Shown: in pieces, positions 1 to 10,181 of the stretch
Layout of the letters: each line of letters starts with the position of its first letter
Numbering within the stretch: the stretch's first letter is position 1
Origin: Chlamydiales bacterium
Lineage (GTDB): Bacteria; Chlamydiota; Chlamydiia; Chlamydiales; JARBTQ01
NCBI GenBank assembly: GCA_029240075.1
Contig: JARBTQ010000002.1
Span: forward strand, 75,218-139,217
Direction: 5' to 3'
Length of the DNA stretch: 64,000 bases
Position numbers and translations under genes: made by a program
The notes under the pieces: generated by a model
Told to the model about the DNA's origin: nothing
Database searches by the model: none
The model's input: only the letters and a program-made list of their open reading frames with translations

Positions 1-1028
1 GAGGGATGCAATGTAATAGTATTGGATTTACAATTCACAACCTAGAGTATCAAGGAGCGTGCGGAGCAGACCTCTTTTATAAAGTAGGGCTTGATGGCTT
101 CAAATATTTGTCTATGGACAAACTTCAAGATAATGCCTACCCTTCTAATTTGAATCTGCTAAAAGGGGGAATTGTCTATGCTAACTTTGTGACTACAGTG
201 TCTCCTACTTATGCTAAAGAATCTTTAACAAGTATAGGGGGGCGGGGGCTTGATCTTACCCTTCTTTATTACAGTCATAAATTCAGCGGGATATTAAATG
301 GCCTTGACTATGTATATTGGAACCCACACATCGATCGATATTTGCCAGTGCATTATAATGGGGAAACTGAAAAGGGGTTATGCGGTAAATATGAAATTCA
401 GAAACGATTAAAGACGCGATTAGGTTTGGATCTGGATGATTCCAAGCATCTTATGGGATGTATTACTCGTTTAGTCCCTCAAAAAGGGATCGATCTAATC
501 AAAAGAGCAATTTTTCGTACTTTGGAGCAGGGAGGACAATTTGTTTTATTAGGGACAAGCCCCGATCCAGAAATTCAAGCTCAGTTTGAATCTTTAAAGC
601 ATGAGTTGCAAGGAAATCGCGATGTACATCTAGAGCTTAAGTATAATGAAGAACTCTCTCATTGGATTTATGCCGGCTGTGATTCCTTTATTGTTCCTTC
701 TTTATTCGAGCCATGTGGATTGACTCAGATGATTGCTTTAAGGTATGGTACTGTCCCAATCGTTAGAAAAACAGGAGGATTGGCTGACTCTGTATTTGAT
801 ATTGAATATAGTGGAAAACCTTTTAGTCTAACAAATGGTTTTGTATTTGAGCATCCAGATACTAATGCAATCGATTGGGTAGTTGATAGGGTGCTGCGTC
901 TGTGGAAGTGTGATAAGAAAAAATGGCAACAATTAGTTCTTCAGGGAATACGTTCTGATTTTAGTTGGCAACAATCCGCTCAATCATATCTCAAGCTGTA
1001 TCAAAAATATAGTACTTCTAATTCTTAA
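1..1028 (+). CDS. glgA: Glycogen/starch synthase (GT5), C-terminal part; the 5' end lies upstream of the window
   Basis: Reading frame is open from the window edge (frame of nt 3). Motifs GLDYVYWNP, RLVPQKGIDL and SLFEPCGLTQMIALRYGTVPIVRKTGGLADSV are typical of ADP-glucose-dependent GT5 glucan synthases. Confidence 0.9.
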   Translation, partial: GMQCNSIGFTIHNLEYQGACGADLFYKVGLDGFKYLSMDKLQDNAYPSNLNLLKGGIVYANFVTTVSPTYAKESLTSIGGRGLDLTLLYYSHKFSGILNGLDYVYWNPHIDRYLPVHYNGETEKGLCGKYEIQKRLKTRLGLDLDDSKHLMGCITRLVPQKGIDLIKRAIFRTLEQGGQFVLLGTSPDPEIQAQFESLKHELQGNRDVHLELKYNEELSHWIYAGCDSFIVPSLFEPCGLTQMIALRYGTVPIVRKTGGLADSVFDIEYSGKPFSLTNGFVFEHPDTNAIDWVVDRVLRLWKCDKKKWQQLVLQGIRSDFSWQQSAQSYLKLYQKYSTSNS

Positions 1029-1036
1029 TGTATATG

Positions 1037-1068
1037 CAGAGGTGGGGAGTTCTCCTCTTCCCCCTCTG
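1037..1068. terminator. GC-rich hairpin between convergent glgA and DAHP synthase genes (possible bidirectional terminator)
   Basis: cagaggtgggga...tccccctctg imperfect inverted repeat, followed by tatttgc. It sits in the 64-nt gap between two convergent stop codons. Confidence 0.4.
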
Positions 1069-1092
1069 TATTTGCAATCTTTGCTAAGTATT

Positions 1093-2166
1093 TCAATGGA
1101 TAGATAAATTTTGCGGATACCTTCCCTTATCTTCTATATGAGCTGCTTGTATATTTAAAACCATTTTTTCTGTGGTTTCCCAGTCTAAGCAAGGGTCTGT
1201 AATTGAAACTCCATATCGCAAATGAGAGGAAAGGGGTTGGTTCCCTGCAAATAAATTACTCTCTAACATTAATCCTATAATACCTGAATTTTTTTGCGCT
1301 ATGTGATCTAAAGTATATTGCCATGCAATCTGCTGATCATAAGGTTTATGTTTAGAGTTCCCATGTGCACAGTCAATCATAAGTCGTACAGGGAGGCCTT
1401 TATCTATCAATAATTGTTTAGCATGTTCTATGGACTCTTTATCGTAATTAGGCCCTTTATTTCCCCCTCTTAATATAAGGTGGGTGTCTAAATTTCCTTT
1501 AGAACGAGCTTTTGCTAAACTGCCTGAAGGAGCCATGGTTAGGAAATCGTGTCTTTGTTGTGCAACCATTAGCGCATGAATAGCAGGAAGGCAATCCCCG
1601 TCTAATGTGTTCTTAAATCCAATCGGTAAGGGTAGACTAGAGGCAAGTTGACGGTGTAAAGGACATTTTACAGTGCGAGCTCCAATGGCGCCCCAAGTAA
1701 TTAAATCAGCAATGTATGGACTTATCAAAGGATCTACAAATTCGATCGCAGCAGGTATATTAAGGTTTGCAAGTTTTAGCAAAAAAGCACGCGCAGTATA
1801 AAGGCCTGTTTCTATATTATGTGTTTGATCAAGAAAAGGATCAGATATCCAACCTCTCCAACCAATTCCTGTACGAGGTTTCATGAAATAAGCCCGCATT
1901 ACTAATAAGCAATGGTTTGTTACTTTTTCCGATAACGATTTAACTTGTAATGCATACTCTTCCGCCGCTGTCAAATCGTGAATGGAACAAGGACCCAAAA
2001 CAATCAATAAGCGCTGATCAATCCCATCTAATATGTTCTTTACCTGTTGCCGCGATTCACATACAAACCGTTGCATCTTTAATGATGCAGGGAGATCCTC
2101 CCATACTTTTTGCATAGAAGGGAAAGTTTCATAGGTGAGATTAAAGGCTGCTGTATCCATATTCAA
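1093..2166 (-). CDS. aroG: 3-deoxy-7-phosphoheptulonate (DAHP) synthase, class I
   Basis: 357 aa. Motifs LGPCSIHD and KPRTGIGWRGWISDP, with length and overall pattern of AroF/G/H-type DAHP synthases. Confidence 0.85.
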   Translation of the reverse strand: MNMDTAAFNLTYETFPSMQKVWEDLPASLKMQRFVCESRQQVKNILDGIDQRLLIVLGPCSIHDLTAAEEYALQVKSLSEKVTNHCLLVMRAYFMKPRTGIGWRGWISDPFLDQTHNIETGLYTARAFLLKLANLNIPAAIEFVDPLISPYIADLITWGAIGARTVKCPLHRQLASSLPLPIGFKNTLDGDCLPAIHALMVAQQRHDFLTMAPSGSLAKARSKGNLDTHLILRGGNKGPNYDKESIEHAKQLLIDKGLPVRLMIDCAHGNSKHKPYDQQIAWQYTLDHIAQKNSGIIGLMLESNLFAGNQPLSSHLRYGVSITDPCLDWETTEKMVLNIQAAHIEDKGRYPQNLSIH

Positions 2167-2411
2167 TACTCAAGTTCTAGTTTTATAGTCTATGTAAAAG
2201 TGGAGAAACTCATTACTATGTACAACAAGTCTCTAACAATAGATTTTCATTAATTCTCCCGATAAGAAAAAAAATTAAAGGAGGTTTAACTCTTTAAAGT
2301 TTGGCTTAAGTCAAAGCAGACCTCCCTAACTAATTCTCTGGAAGTAGAATTAACAGAAGAATATTGTATAGACTGATATATAAAACACTCTCCATAAAAT
2401 TAGCTACTAAG

Positions 2412-4151
2412 ATGAAAGAAAAAATAGACTGCATTGATACCTTATGGGCTCATTACCCTCCCCTTTTTTTAGGAAAGAGCTTGAATTGGCAACTTCGCAT
2501 CAAAGCACGAGCCGATTCAGAAAGTTATCATGTGGAATATGCATCTGGGACACTTTATGTTGAAGCTGGTAGTAAAAGCACTGCAGAACATGCGGCATGG
2601 CAGCTTTACTATGCGGCAAAAGCTGGTTGTCTTTGTGAATGGTTGGGAGATCGAAAGCCTTTAGTCGGTACTCGCATTTTCTGGGTTGGTTGCTCAAAAT
2701 TAGTTCCGTTAAGTGAATTTTTAGCTTTGGCTGTGCCTTCTTGGTGGGGCAAAACATCTCAAATGGAATTTTTTTATAAAAGTCTTATGCGTTGGGGTTA
2801 TAATAGTGTCATTTTAGGATGGCTTCCTTATATGGGAGCTCTAAAAGAGGGGGAAGTTAACGACCAAAGTTGTTTGCAGTCAGGAATCTCTTATTTAAAA
2901 GAAAAAGGAATCAAAATTTTCGTAAAATTTTATTTTTTACAGAATTCATTCAAAGAGAATCATTTACTGGAAGAAAAAAAGCGTAAGGTTTTTGAAGAGC
3001 AATTATCTCATATTCAGCAATTTATATCTTTTTTGGGTGGTGTGGTTTGGGAAGGGAATGGAGGAATTGCTTACAGAAAGCTAAAGAATTTAAATGAATT
3101 TACCGAAATAGATATTGTCTTGAAGGAGATTCAGCTTTTAGAGCTACTGTTACCTCCTTCACAAGAGTTGATTTATTTGTTACCTAGTTTGACAAGCGAT
3201 TTAACAGAACAACAGGCAGTAGCACTTAACCGGCTAGAAGCAGGGATTAGTGCTCGCGTTACTTTAGCCTTTTCCTCTCGTATGGGAGAGCCTATTAGCG
3301 ATTACTTGCCACCACATCCTATTTGGCAGAAGGTTCGCTCTTCTTTAGGTAATAGGAAAAGTTTATCCCCTATCCTGAATGGAGGTTTGATTAATCAGGG
3401 AGAGGGGATATGGCCATTGGCTCCATATGACACGATTACTGATATGATGGGAAAAGCCACTTGTAGTTATTTTAAAAGTACAATTGTTTTAGGGCGTTAT
3501 TTGCCTTTAAAAGGAAGTTTATTAGATCTTTCTCTATGGCTACACGGGATTGTTCAATGGGACGTAGAACAAGTAAATGATTTACTGCGTATAGGAATGT
3601 GTGAGTGTTTTCCCGGAGTTAACGATGATAAGGCAAGGAAAATATTTGTACAGGTTCGCCAAATCGCGTTAGAGTATCATTATTTAAGCCTACAAGGGGT
3701 TAATATTCCCAGGGATCTTAGCGAAAAGTTATATAATAGATTGATATTTCAAGTGAAAAGCTTGGATTTATTTCTTGAAACTTTAGAAATCTATGATGGA
3801 ATAGTGCAACAAACAATAAATGATACGCTGAAAGACAAAAAACTATTGTGGAATGCTTATACGGCAGCATTTAGCAATGCTATTAAACCTGTGATACTCA
3901 GGTTAGGACAGGAATTACAAGTTTCAACGTCATTAATGGCCTGGCCAGATGACAAAAAAAACAACTTTTGTTATATTGGTCTTTTTTACAGTCTTCCCTA
4001 TTATCAAATAGAAATAGAAAATGAAGGGGAAGATCAAAAAAAACGGGTTTATGCTGACAGATCTGCCTTTAATATTAAGGAAGAAAGCCTAGGTAAAGAG
4101 CAACACGGTTTGGCACATATTTGGAATTTAAATCGCTATTTAGACATTTAG
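2412..4151 (+). CDS. Hypothetical protein (about 579 aa), no confident family assignment
   Basis: Long uninterrupted ORF. ATG at 2412 is preferred over the TTG at 2364 used by the ORF track. No motif I can name with confidence. Confidence 0.6.
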   Translation: MKEKIDCIDTLWAHYPPLFLGKSLNWQLRIKARADSESYHVEYASGTLYVEAGSKSTAEHAAWQLYYAAKAGCLCEWLGDRKPLVGTRIFWVGCSKLVPLSEFLALAVPSWWGKTSQMEFFYKSLMRWGYNSVILGWLPYMGALKEGEVNDQSCLQSGISYLKEKGIKIFVKFYFLQNSFKENHLLEEKKRKVFEEQLSHIQQFISFLGGVVWEGNGGIAYRKLKNLNEFTEIDIVLKEIQLLELLLPPSQELIYLLPSLTSDLTEQQAVALNRLEAGISARVTLAFSSRMGEPISDYLPPHPIWQKVRSSLGNRKSLSPILNGGLINQGEGIWPLAPYDTITDMMGKATCSYFKSTIVLGRYLPLKGSLLDLSLWLHGIVQWDVEQVNDLLRIGMCECFPGVNDDKARKIFVQVRQIALEYHYLSLQGVNIPRDLSEKLYNRLIFQVKSLDLFLETLEIYDGIVQQTINDTLKDKKLLWNAYTAAFSNAIKPVILRLGQELQVSTSLMAWPDDKKNNFCYIGLFYSLPYYQIEIENEGEDQKKRVYADRSAFNIKEESLGKEQHGLAHIWNLNRYLDI

Positions 4152-4489
4152 TTAGCAGCAGTTTTTCAAAAAGATAGTAGATAAAGAAACTAGTTTATTT
4201 GACAATAAACCCGCAGAAGAAGTTTAATGTTTATTTTCCATCAGACAGGTGGTAATGCAATTTTGAAATTTAATGATTATGATAGGCTAAAGGGTAACTT
4301 TTCACACGTAGCTGTAGAGAAAGGTTTAATAGGCAAAAATCGTGTTATGATAAAAGTTATTGTATAATTAAATTGAGAACGTATAAAATGCCTTGCATTA
4401 ATGTTGATCTTGAGTTATTGTAGTCATCAAAAAATATAACGACATTTAAGAAATTATAAACAAAAAAAAATGACTTGAAGGAGTCTCAA

Positions 4490-5254
4490 ATGAATAAAAA
4501 GATTTTATTAGCTATTGTTGGATTATTATCCGCTTCTGCTATACAAGCTGAAAACGTATTTAACGCTGGTATGAGCGTTGGTTACAGACAAACTGGAGTC
4601 AAATCTACTAAGAAAAGCGACACTGAAAAATACTCATCCGAGATGAAAGGCGCTAAAAATGTCATGTTAAACGGACATTTTAATGGTTTAATTGATGACC
4701 AGTTCTATGTAGAAGGTGGAATTCATTATGGCGTCCATACAGGAAAAACAAAGAACGTTAATAAAAGAAATGGCGTTAAGTTAAATCAAAATAAGTCTAA
4801 GAGTAAGTTAAACCCATTTGAAGGGGAAGCTCTTTTTGGATACCAATTCAACATTGCTGAAGGTGTTAGCTTAACTCCTGTAGTAGGTTATGGTTTCCAA
4901 CGTTTACACGTAAGACACGGTAAAGATACATTAAAAACATTGCACACTCCTGTTGCTGGTCTTAAAATGACTGTAAAGCCTTCAGATGATTTTGCAATCC
5001 GTGCTAGTTTTACTTACGGGAAGCCAAAAGTGAAATCAAAATTCAAAGACATGAACCTCGAGAAAAGAGCTAACCAGTTTAAGACTACTTTAGGCTTAGA
5101 TTATAAGATGGATGAAGCTTGGGGATTAAGCTTAGAAGGTAGTTATGCTCATGCTAAAGCTAAGAAGCAAACAAAGCCTGCTGGTGTTAAAGTAAAAAGT
5201 GAAGCTAAGGTTTGCCACTGGGATGTTGCTTTCGGTGCAACTGTAGGCTTCTAA
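4490..5254 (+). CDS. Outer-membrane beta-barrel protein (porin/OmpA-like barrel), lysine-rich loops
   Basis: Signal peptide MNKKILLAIVGLLSASAIQA-EN. Alternating-hydrophobic strands, aromatic C-terminal residue (…ATVGF). gaaggag Shine-Dalgarno 7 nt upstream of the ATG at 4490 (ORF track starts at TTG 4475). Confidence 0.7.
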   Translation: MNKKILLAIVGLLSASAIQAENVFNAGMSVGYRQTGVKSTKKSDTEKYSSEMKGAKNVMLNGHFNGLIDDQFYVEGGIHYGVHTGKTKNVNKRNGVKLNQNKSKSKLNPFEGEALFGYQFNIAEGVSLTPVVGYGFQRLHVRHGKDTLKTLHTPVAGLKMTVKPSDDFAIRASFTYGKPKVKSKFKDMNLEKRANQFKTTLGLDYKMDEAWGLSLEGSYAHAKAKKQTKPAGVKVKSEAKVCHWDVAFGATVGF

Positions 5255-5288
5255 TCAAAGCTCGATTTTTTAGCTTTTAAAAAGTTCA

Positions 5289-5320
5289 CCGCAAGAGAAA
5301 TCTCTTGCGGTTTTTCATTT
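5289..5320 (+). terminator. Rho-independent terminator downstream of the outer-membrane protein gene
   Basis: Perfect inverted repeat ccgcaagaga/tctcttgcgg followed by tttttcatttt. Confidence 0.8.
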
Positions 5321-5526
5321 TATAGCTTCTTATAAAGAAATGGAATCTTCTTTCTTATATTATCTTTTCTTCCAATAAATTTTACAAATTACTCCAATAT
5401 CAAGTAGCTGTCAGCCAAGCAGAATTAAATCTTTCTCACCACACAATTTCCTCTTATATGATTTGGAAATCGCTTTACCACTTACACAATAATGCCGAGG
5501 GATTAATCGAATTAACTTTAATTTTA

Positions 5527-5800
5527 GCAGTCTACAGCCTAGGCTTGGTATTGTAGCACAGTACAAGACGGTATCTTAGGTGCAACGCAGCGCTGTGAAG
5601 ACCAATTTTCCAAAAAGAGAGCGCTGCATCGCACCGCTCGTTATCCTTATTTCATGCTATTCACAACATAAAGTCTTTCAGGGAGCAGTGTATCGTAATC
5701 TAAAAGAAGATACAACCTACTTAACTATTGTCACTACAAGTAAGCCTCAGATGAGGCGTAACCTTCTCTCTCTAGCCCCGCACTTCAGTGTGAGGGATAG
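5527..5800 (-). ncRNA. Structured non-coding RNA candidate, possibly RNase P RNA (rnpB-like); ends uncertain
   Basis: Locally GC-rich, helix-rich segment in a 740-bp non-coding gap. A 15-bp helix (5579-5593 with 5621-5635) is fully paired only as minus-strand RNA (two G-U pairs there, A-C mismatches on plus). Minus-strand motifs are collinear with RNase P conserved regions (GAAGTGCGGGGCT, AGGTTACGCC, AGTGACAATAG, ATAAGGATAACGAGCGGTGCG, ACAATACCAAGCCTA) but diverge from consensus. Confidence 0.4.
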
Positions 5801-5996
5801 ATGACAAAATAAAAATGCACTAGGGGCCTAGTGCTAGAAACAAAACTTCTAGTTTATTTTAAACCATAAGAACGGTTATCTGGCATTGCTCCAGTTAAAT
5901 TACCAATAATAATTTATTGCAAATATTGAATGCTTAAGACCAGGTATGTCATAATCGTTTTAAAAATCAAAACAATATAAAACAAATGATACAAAA

Positions 5997-7676
5997 ATGA
6001 ACACATATCTCCTTCGTTTACTTAGTCTTGTATTCTCGTGGCTCATTGTCGCCTATGGACAAGAAGCAAACTATCCTATCCTAGGGCCTATTGCTGCTAT
6101 CTTTGGATATACCCTCTTTTGGGCCGCATTACCACAAGACTCTCCCAAACGTACGCGCTTTATCCTCTCTTTGGTGTGGTACATAGCTGTGCAACTTGTT
6201 CAGTTTTCCTGGTTTGGCAAGCATTATTATTCAGAACTTTACCTATATGCGGCCTATGGGATCCTTGTTACAGCGATGGCTTTTCAATTTGCGGTGTTTA
6301 CCAACTTCATTCCATTACAACTTTATCGGTGGAAGCTTTACCATTTTCTAGTTCTACCTGGATTTTGGGTGCTACTGGAGCTTATGCGGTTACTTCCAAT
6401 GACGGGGTCGACTTGGTCTCCTGCCGGTCTAGCACTAGCTTCAACCTTGCCAGGAGCACAGCTAGCAGCTATTGGAGGGGTATATCTCCTTTCTTATTGG
6501 GTGATTCTTACCAATCTATTGACATTCTATTTGTGGCAACGACTGGTTTCAACTAAAACAGATCTCAGAATGATCTTTGTAACGTTTTTTTTCTTAGCGC
6601 TTACCCCTTATCTCTATGGATGGGGACACATAGGTTGGCATCAACATAGAATAGCAACTCAATCTAACGATCTAAAAAAAATAGACGTCGTTCTACTCGA
6701 TACCCACTTTACAGTCCCTGAAAAGCATGCTGTATCGGAAAACTGGCAGCAGGAGATGATACACCCTCTAGAACAGTGGCGCTCTATGTTGCAAGCTTTA
6801 AAGCCTTTGCAACATCAAAAGATAGATTTGCTATTACTTCCAGAAGGGGCTTTCCCTTTTGACCTTTGCTATCCTTTTTATTCTTTTGCTGAAATGGAAA
6901 AGATTTTCTTTGAAGAAACAGGAGCAATCTTTCCTCTCCCAGATCTAGTAGCTCCTTGGGTTTTTGAAAAAAAACAGGAGAATAAATCCTCCATTTGGGG
7001 CATCAACAATGGATACCTTGCCCAGGTTTTAGCTCTATGGCTGAGTACAGAGGTTGTGATTGGCTTAGGTGATGATGGGATCTATAATAGTGCTTTCCAT
7101 TTTGCAGCAACAGGAGAATTACGTGATCGCTACGCTAAAAGAGTCCTAGTGCCTATGGGGGAGTATATCCCATATGATTGGGTTAAAGAATTGAGTGCAA
7201 TCTATGGAGTATATGACTCTTTTCAGGTAGGGGAAAAAGCACAGATTTTTAAAGGGGCAACTCCTATGGGTATTTCTATTTGCTACGAGGAGACCTATGG
7301 GCACCTCATGCGAGAAAATCGTCATTTAGGCGCAGAAGTCCTCCTTAATTTGACTAGCGATGTATGGTTCCCTAATTCAGGCTTGGATAAGCAACACTTA
7401 GCTCATGCGCGTTTACGTACAGTAGAAAATGGCTTCCCTTTGTTACGTTCATGTAATATGGGGATAAGTGCAGTCATAGATGCCGTAGGAGAATCGGTCA
7501 AATACGATCAAAAGACCTCTTCACAGCAAAACAAGGTGCATGCATTCTATTACGCTAACCTACCTATTTATCATTATTCAACCCTTTACACTTATTGGGG
7601 TGATTATTTTATAAGTGGCATCTCTTTATTAGGGATGTTACTGGGGTTAATTCAATCTCGTCGCTTTTATCATTAA
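5997..7676 (+). CDS. lnt: Apolipoprotein N-acyltransferase
   Basis: 559 aa. N-terminal multi-TM region followed by a CN-hydrolase domain with GISICYEETYG and LLNLTSDVWF motifs. Confidence 0.85.
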   Translation: MNTYLLRLLSLVFSWLIVAYGQEANYPILGPIAAIFGYTLFWAALPQDSPKRTRFILSLVWYIAVQLVQFSWFGKHYYSELYLYAAYGILVTAMAFQFAVFTNFIPLQLYRWKLYHFLVLPGFWVLLELMRLLPMTGSTWSPAGLALASTLPGAQLAAIGGVYLLSYWVILTNLLTFYLWQRLVSTKTDLRMIFVTFFFLALTPYLYGWGHIGWHQHRIATQSNDLKKIDVVLLDTHFTVPEKHAVSENWQQEMIHPLEQWRSMLQALKPLQHQKIDLLLLPEGAFPFDLCYPFYSFAEMEKIFFEETGAIFPLPDLVAPWVFEKKQENKSSIWGINNGYLAQVLALWLSTEVVIGLGDDGIYNSAFHFAATGELRDRYAKRVLVPMGEYIPYDWVKELSAIYGVYDSFQVGEKAQIFKGATPMGISICYEETYGHLMRENRHLGAEVLLNLTSDVWFPNSGLDKQHLAHARLRTVENGFPLLRSCNMGISAVIDAVGESVKYDQKTSSQQNKVHAFYYANLPIYHYSTLYTYWGDYFISGISLLGMLLGLIQSRRFYH

Positions 7677-7951
7677 TTTTCCTAAAGTGAGTGGATAGGA
7701 TAGTATTCATATCCAATCCATCACTGCAAGTATATATAGGGTGTCTCCTTTGAATTTTTTTGTATGACTTATACGAATGACTCATATTTTGTATCTACAA
7801 TAATTCTCGCTGTAAAAAATGAGATATAGGATAATATCTATATTATATTGAGCCTCTTTGGATTCCTAATAATTTTGATGGCCTAATAGCTTTTTAGCAA
7901 ATTAGCTTAACCAAATTTAATTCTAATATTAATAGAACTAAGGATCATTCT

Positions 7952-8551
7952 ATGTTGCGTTATCCAGCTCCATTAGCACGATTGATCGAAATTTTTCGCA
8001 AATTACCAGGAGTAGGAGTTAAAAGTGCTGAGCGATTTGCATTTCATCTCCTCTCAGAACCTGAGACTGTCTCTCATGAAGTGATTACCGCTATTTTACA
8101 AGCTAGAGAGCATTTGCATAATTGCCCAGTATGTGGGTGTCTAATTGGAAAAAAAATTTGTGACTATTGTAATACAAAAAACCGGGATTCCTTGCAGTTA
8201 TGTATTGTTGCGCATGCAAAGGATGTTTTTATTATAGATTCAACTGGGGAATACCAAGGATTATACCATGTTCTAGGAGGGCTTTTATCTCCGATGAAGG
8301 GGTATCATCCAGAGGATTTATTTCTTAATAATCTGAAAGATCGTATACAGCTGCTTAATATTCAAGAGGTTGTTATCGCTTTAGATTCAACATTAGAGGG
8401 AGATGCAACAGCTTGGTACCTTAAAAGAGAATTAGCAGCTTGCAAAGTTAAATTATCTCGGTTAGCTTTCGGTTTACCAATTGGTAGTTCTTTTGAATTT
8501 GTAGACAGTGGAACTTTGGCGCGCGCATTTATGGGACGAGGGCAATTTTAA
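7952..8551 (+). CDS. recR: Recombination protein RecR
   Basis: 199 aa. N-terminal HhH (LPGVGVKSAERFAF), C4 zinc finger (CPVCGC...CDYC), Toprim segment (VVIALDSTLEGDATAWYL). Confidence 0.95.
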   Translation: MLRYPAPLARLIEIFRKLPGVGVKSAERFAFHLLSEPETVSHEVITAILQAREHLHNCPVCGCLIGKKICDYCNTKNRDSLQLCIVAHAKDVFIIDSTGEYQGLYHVLGGLLSPMKGYHPEDLFLNNLKDRIQLLNIQEVVIALDSTLEGDATAWYLKRELAACKVKLSRLAFGLPIGSSFEFVDSGTLARAFMGRGQF

Positions 8552-8574
8552 TAGTTTATTTAAGGTGATTTGTT

Positions 8575-9390
8575 GTGTTTATAGAATATATCAGTCGATT
8601 AGGCTCCATTAAAGATCGTATTTCTGATCTGATTTGTGGGATAGGTGAATTTATACTTTTTATTATGGAAGTATTCAAGGTTGTAGTAGCGAAACGTCCT
8701 AATTGGCATCTTTTGCGTGATCAACTCTATCAAGTTGGGGTCCTTTCTCTTCCTGTAGTTGCTTTAACAGGACTTTCAACAGGATTAGTATTAGCTGCTC
8801 AATCATTTTACCAGTTATCAGATAAAGGATTAACCAGTGTTACAGGGTTAATGGTTGCTAAATCAATGATCGTAGAATTAGGCCCTGTTTTAACAGCCTT
8901 TATGATTACAGGGAGAATTGGGGCCTCCATGTGTGCTGAAATTGGAAGTATGAAAGTCACGGAACAAATTGATGCTTTAAGGTCAATGTCTATTAATCCA
9001 CTACGCTACTTAGTGGCCCCTCGGCTCATTGCAGGAATTTTAATGGCTCCTTTATTGACTATTTTTAGTAATTGCATGGGAATTTTAGGTGCTTATGGGA
9101 TCTCTATTTACCATTTTGGAATGACCCCTGCTAACTTTTATGACCCGATTATTAATCAGTTGACTCATTTTGACTATTTCATCAGCATGTCGAAAGCTCT
9201 CTTATTTGGACTTTTGATCGTTTCAATCTGTTGTTATAAAGGAATGTCTACGAAAGGGGGCGCTGCGGGGGTTGGAAGAATTACTACCAATAGCGTCGTG
9301 ATTTGTTACACTGTTATTCTATTTAGTAACTTTTTACTAACTATTACTCTAAATCTTATTCGAATCACCCTTAATCTTAGAAATATATGA
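8575..9390 (+). CDS. mlaE: MlaE-family ABC transporter permease (lipid transport)
   Basis: 271 aa polytopic membrane protein with EIGSMKVTEQIDALRSMSINP, typical of MlaE/TGD1. Its stop overlaps the next gene's start by 4 nt. Confidence 0.8.
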   Translation: MFIEYISRLGSIKDRISDLICGIGEFILFIMEVFKVVVAKRPNWHLLRDQLYQVGVLSLPVVALTGLSTGLVLAAQSFYQLSDKGLTSVTGLMVAKSMIVELGPVLTAFMITGRIGASMCAEIGSMKVTEQIDALRSMSINPLRYLVAPRLIAGILMAPLLTIFSNCMGILGAYGISIYHFGMTPANFYDPIINQLTHFDYFISMSKALLFGLLIVSICCYKGMSTKGGAAGVGRITTNSVVICYTVILFSNFLLTITLNLIRITLNLRNI

Positions 9391-10178
9391 TTGTTGTTAA
9401 TAATTTATGGAAAAGCTTTGGTAAGCAGACAGTCCTCAAGGGGTTAACGCTTAAAGTCGAAAAAGGGGAAACCTTAGTTATCTTAGGCCGCTCTGGAGAA
9501 GGAAAAAGTGTCTTATTAAGACAAATCATTGGTATAGAAACCTTGGATGAAGGTTTTGTCGAAGTTTCTGGAAAAGTGATTACAGGATTAAATGAAAAAG
9601 ACCTTTATGAAGCTTTAAAAAATATTGGAATGTTATTCCAGAGCGGAGCCCTCTTTGATTCAATGACTGTAAAAGATAATGTGGCCTTCTACTTACGAGA
9701 GCACGGGGACCCCCAAACAGGGGAAGTGATGTCTGAGGCTGAGATTTCTCAACGAGTCAAGGACGTTTTAGAGCAAGTTGGGTTAGCTGGAACTGAAGAT
9801 AAGATGCCTGCTAATTTGTCTGGAGGTATGAAAAAAAGGGCCGCTTTTGCACGTTTGATTGCTTATCGTCCACCTATTCTTTTATACGATGAACCTACTA
9901 CAGGGCTTGATCCTATTATGTCGAACCAGATGGGGGATTTGATTGTAGAGATACAAAAGCAGCTTGATGCAACAAGCATTGTGGTTACTCACGATATCCC
10001 TGTAGCCCTTAAAGTCGCAGATCGCATAGCTATCTTAGACGGAGGGAAAGTGGGTTATATTGATACGAAAAAAAACTTTTTAAAAGGGGAGCACCCTTTA
10101 ATTCCACAATTTCTTAAGAATGCTTTTTTTAATTATAATGATAAAATAACTCAACAGGAGAAAGGAGCGCAATCGTAG
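9387..10178 (+). CDS. mlaF: MlaF-family ABC transporter ATP-binding protein
   Basis: Walker A GRSGEGKS, signature LSGGMKKR, Walker B ILLYDEPTTGLD. Lies in an operon with the MlaE- and MCE-domain genes. Confidence 0.85.
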   Translation: MIVVNNLWKSFGKQTVLKGLTLKVEKGETLVILGRSGEGKSVLLRQIIGIETLDEGFVEVSGKVITGLNEKDLYEALKNIGMLFQSGALFDSMTVKDNVAFYLREHGDPQTGEVMSEAEISQRVKDVLEQVGLAGTEDKMPANLSGGMKKRAAFARLIAYRPPILLYDEPTTGLDPIMSNQMGDLIVEIQKQLDATSIVVTHDIPVALKVADRIAILDGGKVGYIDTKKNFLKGEHPLIPQFLKNAFFNYNDKITQQEKGAQS

Positions 10179-10181
10179 GTT

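Noticed and set aside
5580-5804. 74-aa plus-strand ORF (GTG start) in the OMP-lnt gap
   Set aside because: No SD sequence and odd composition. It coincides with the helix-rich segment, which is better explained as a structured RNA on the opposite strand.
6038-6556. 172-aa ORF in an alternative frame within lnt
   Set aside because: It lies entirely inside the lnt coding region. The lnt frame has the expected TM and CN-hydrolase features, while the alternative frame gives Cys/Trp-rich nonsense.
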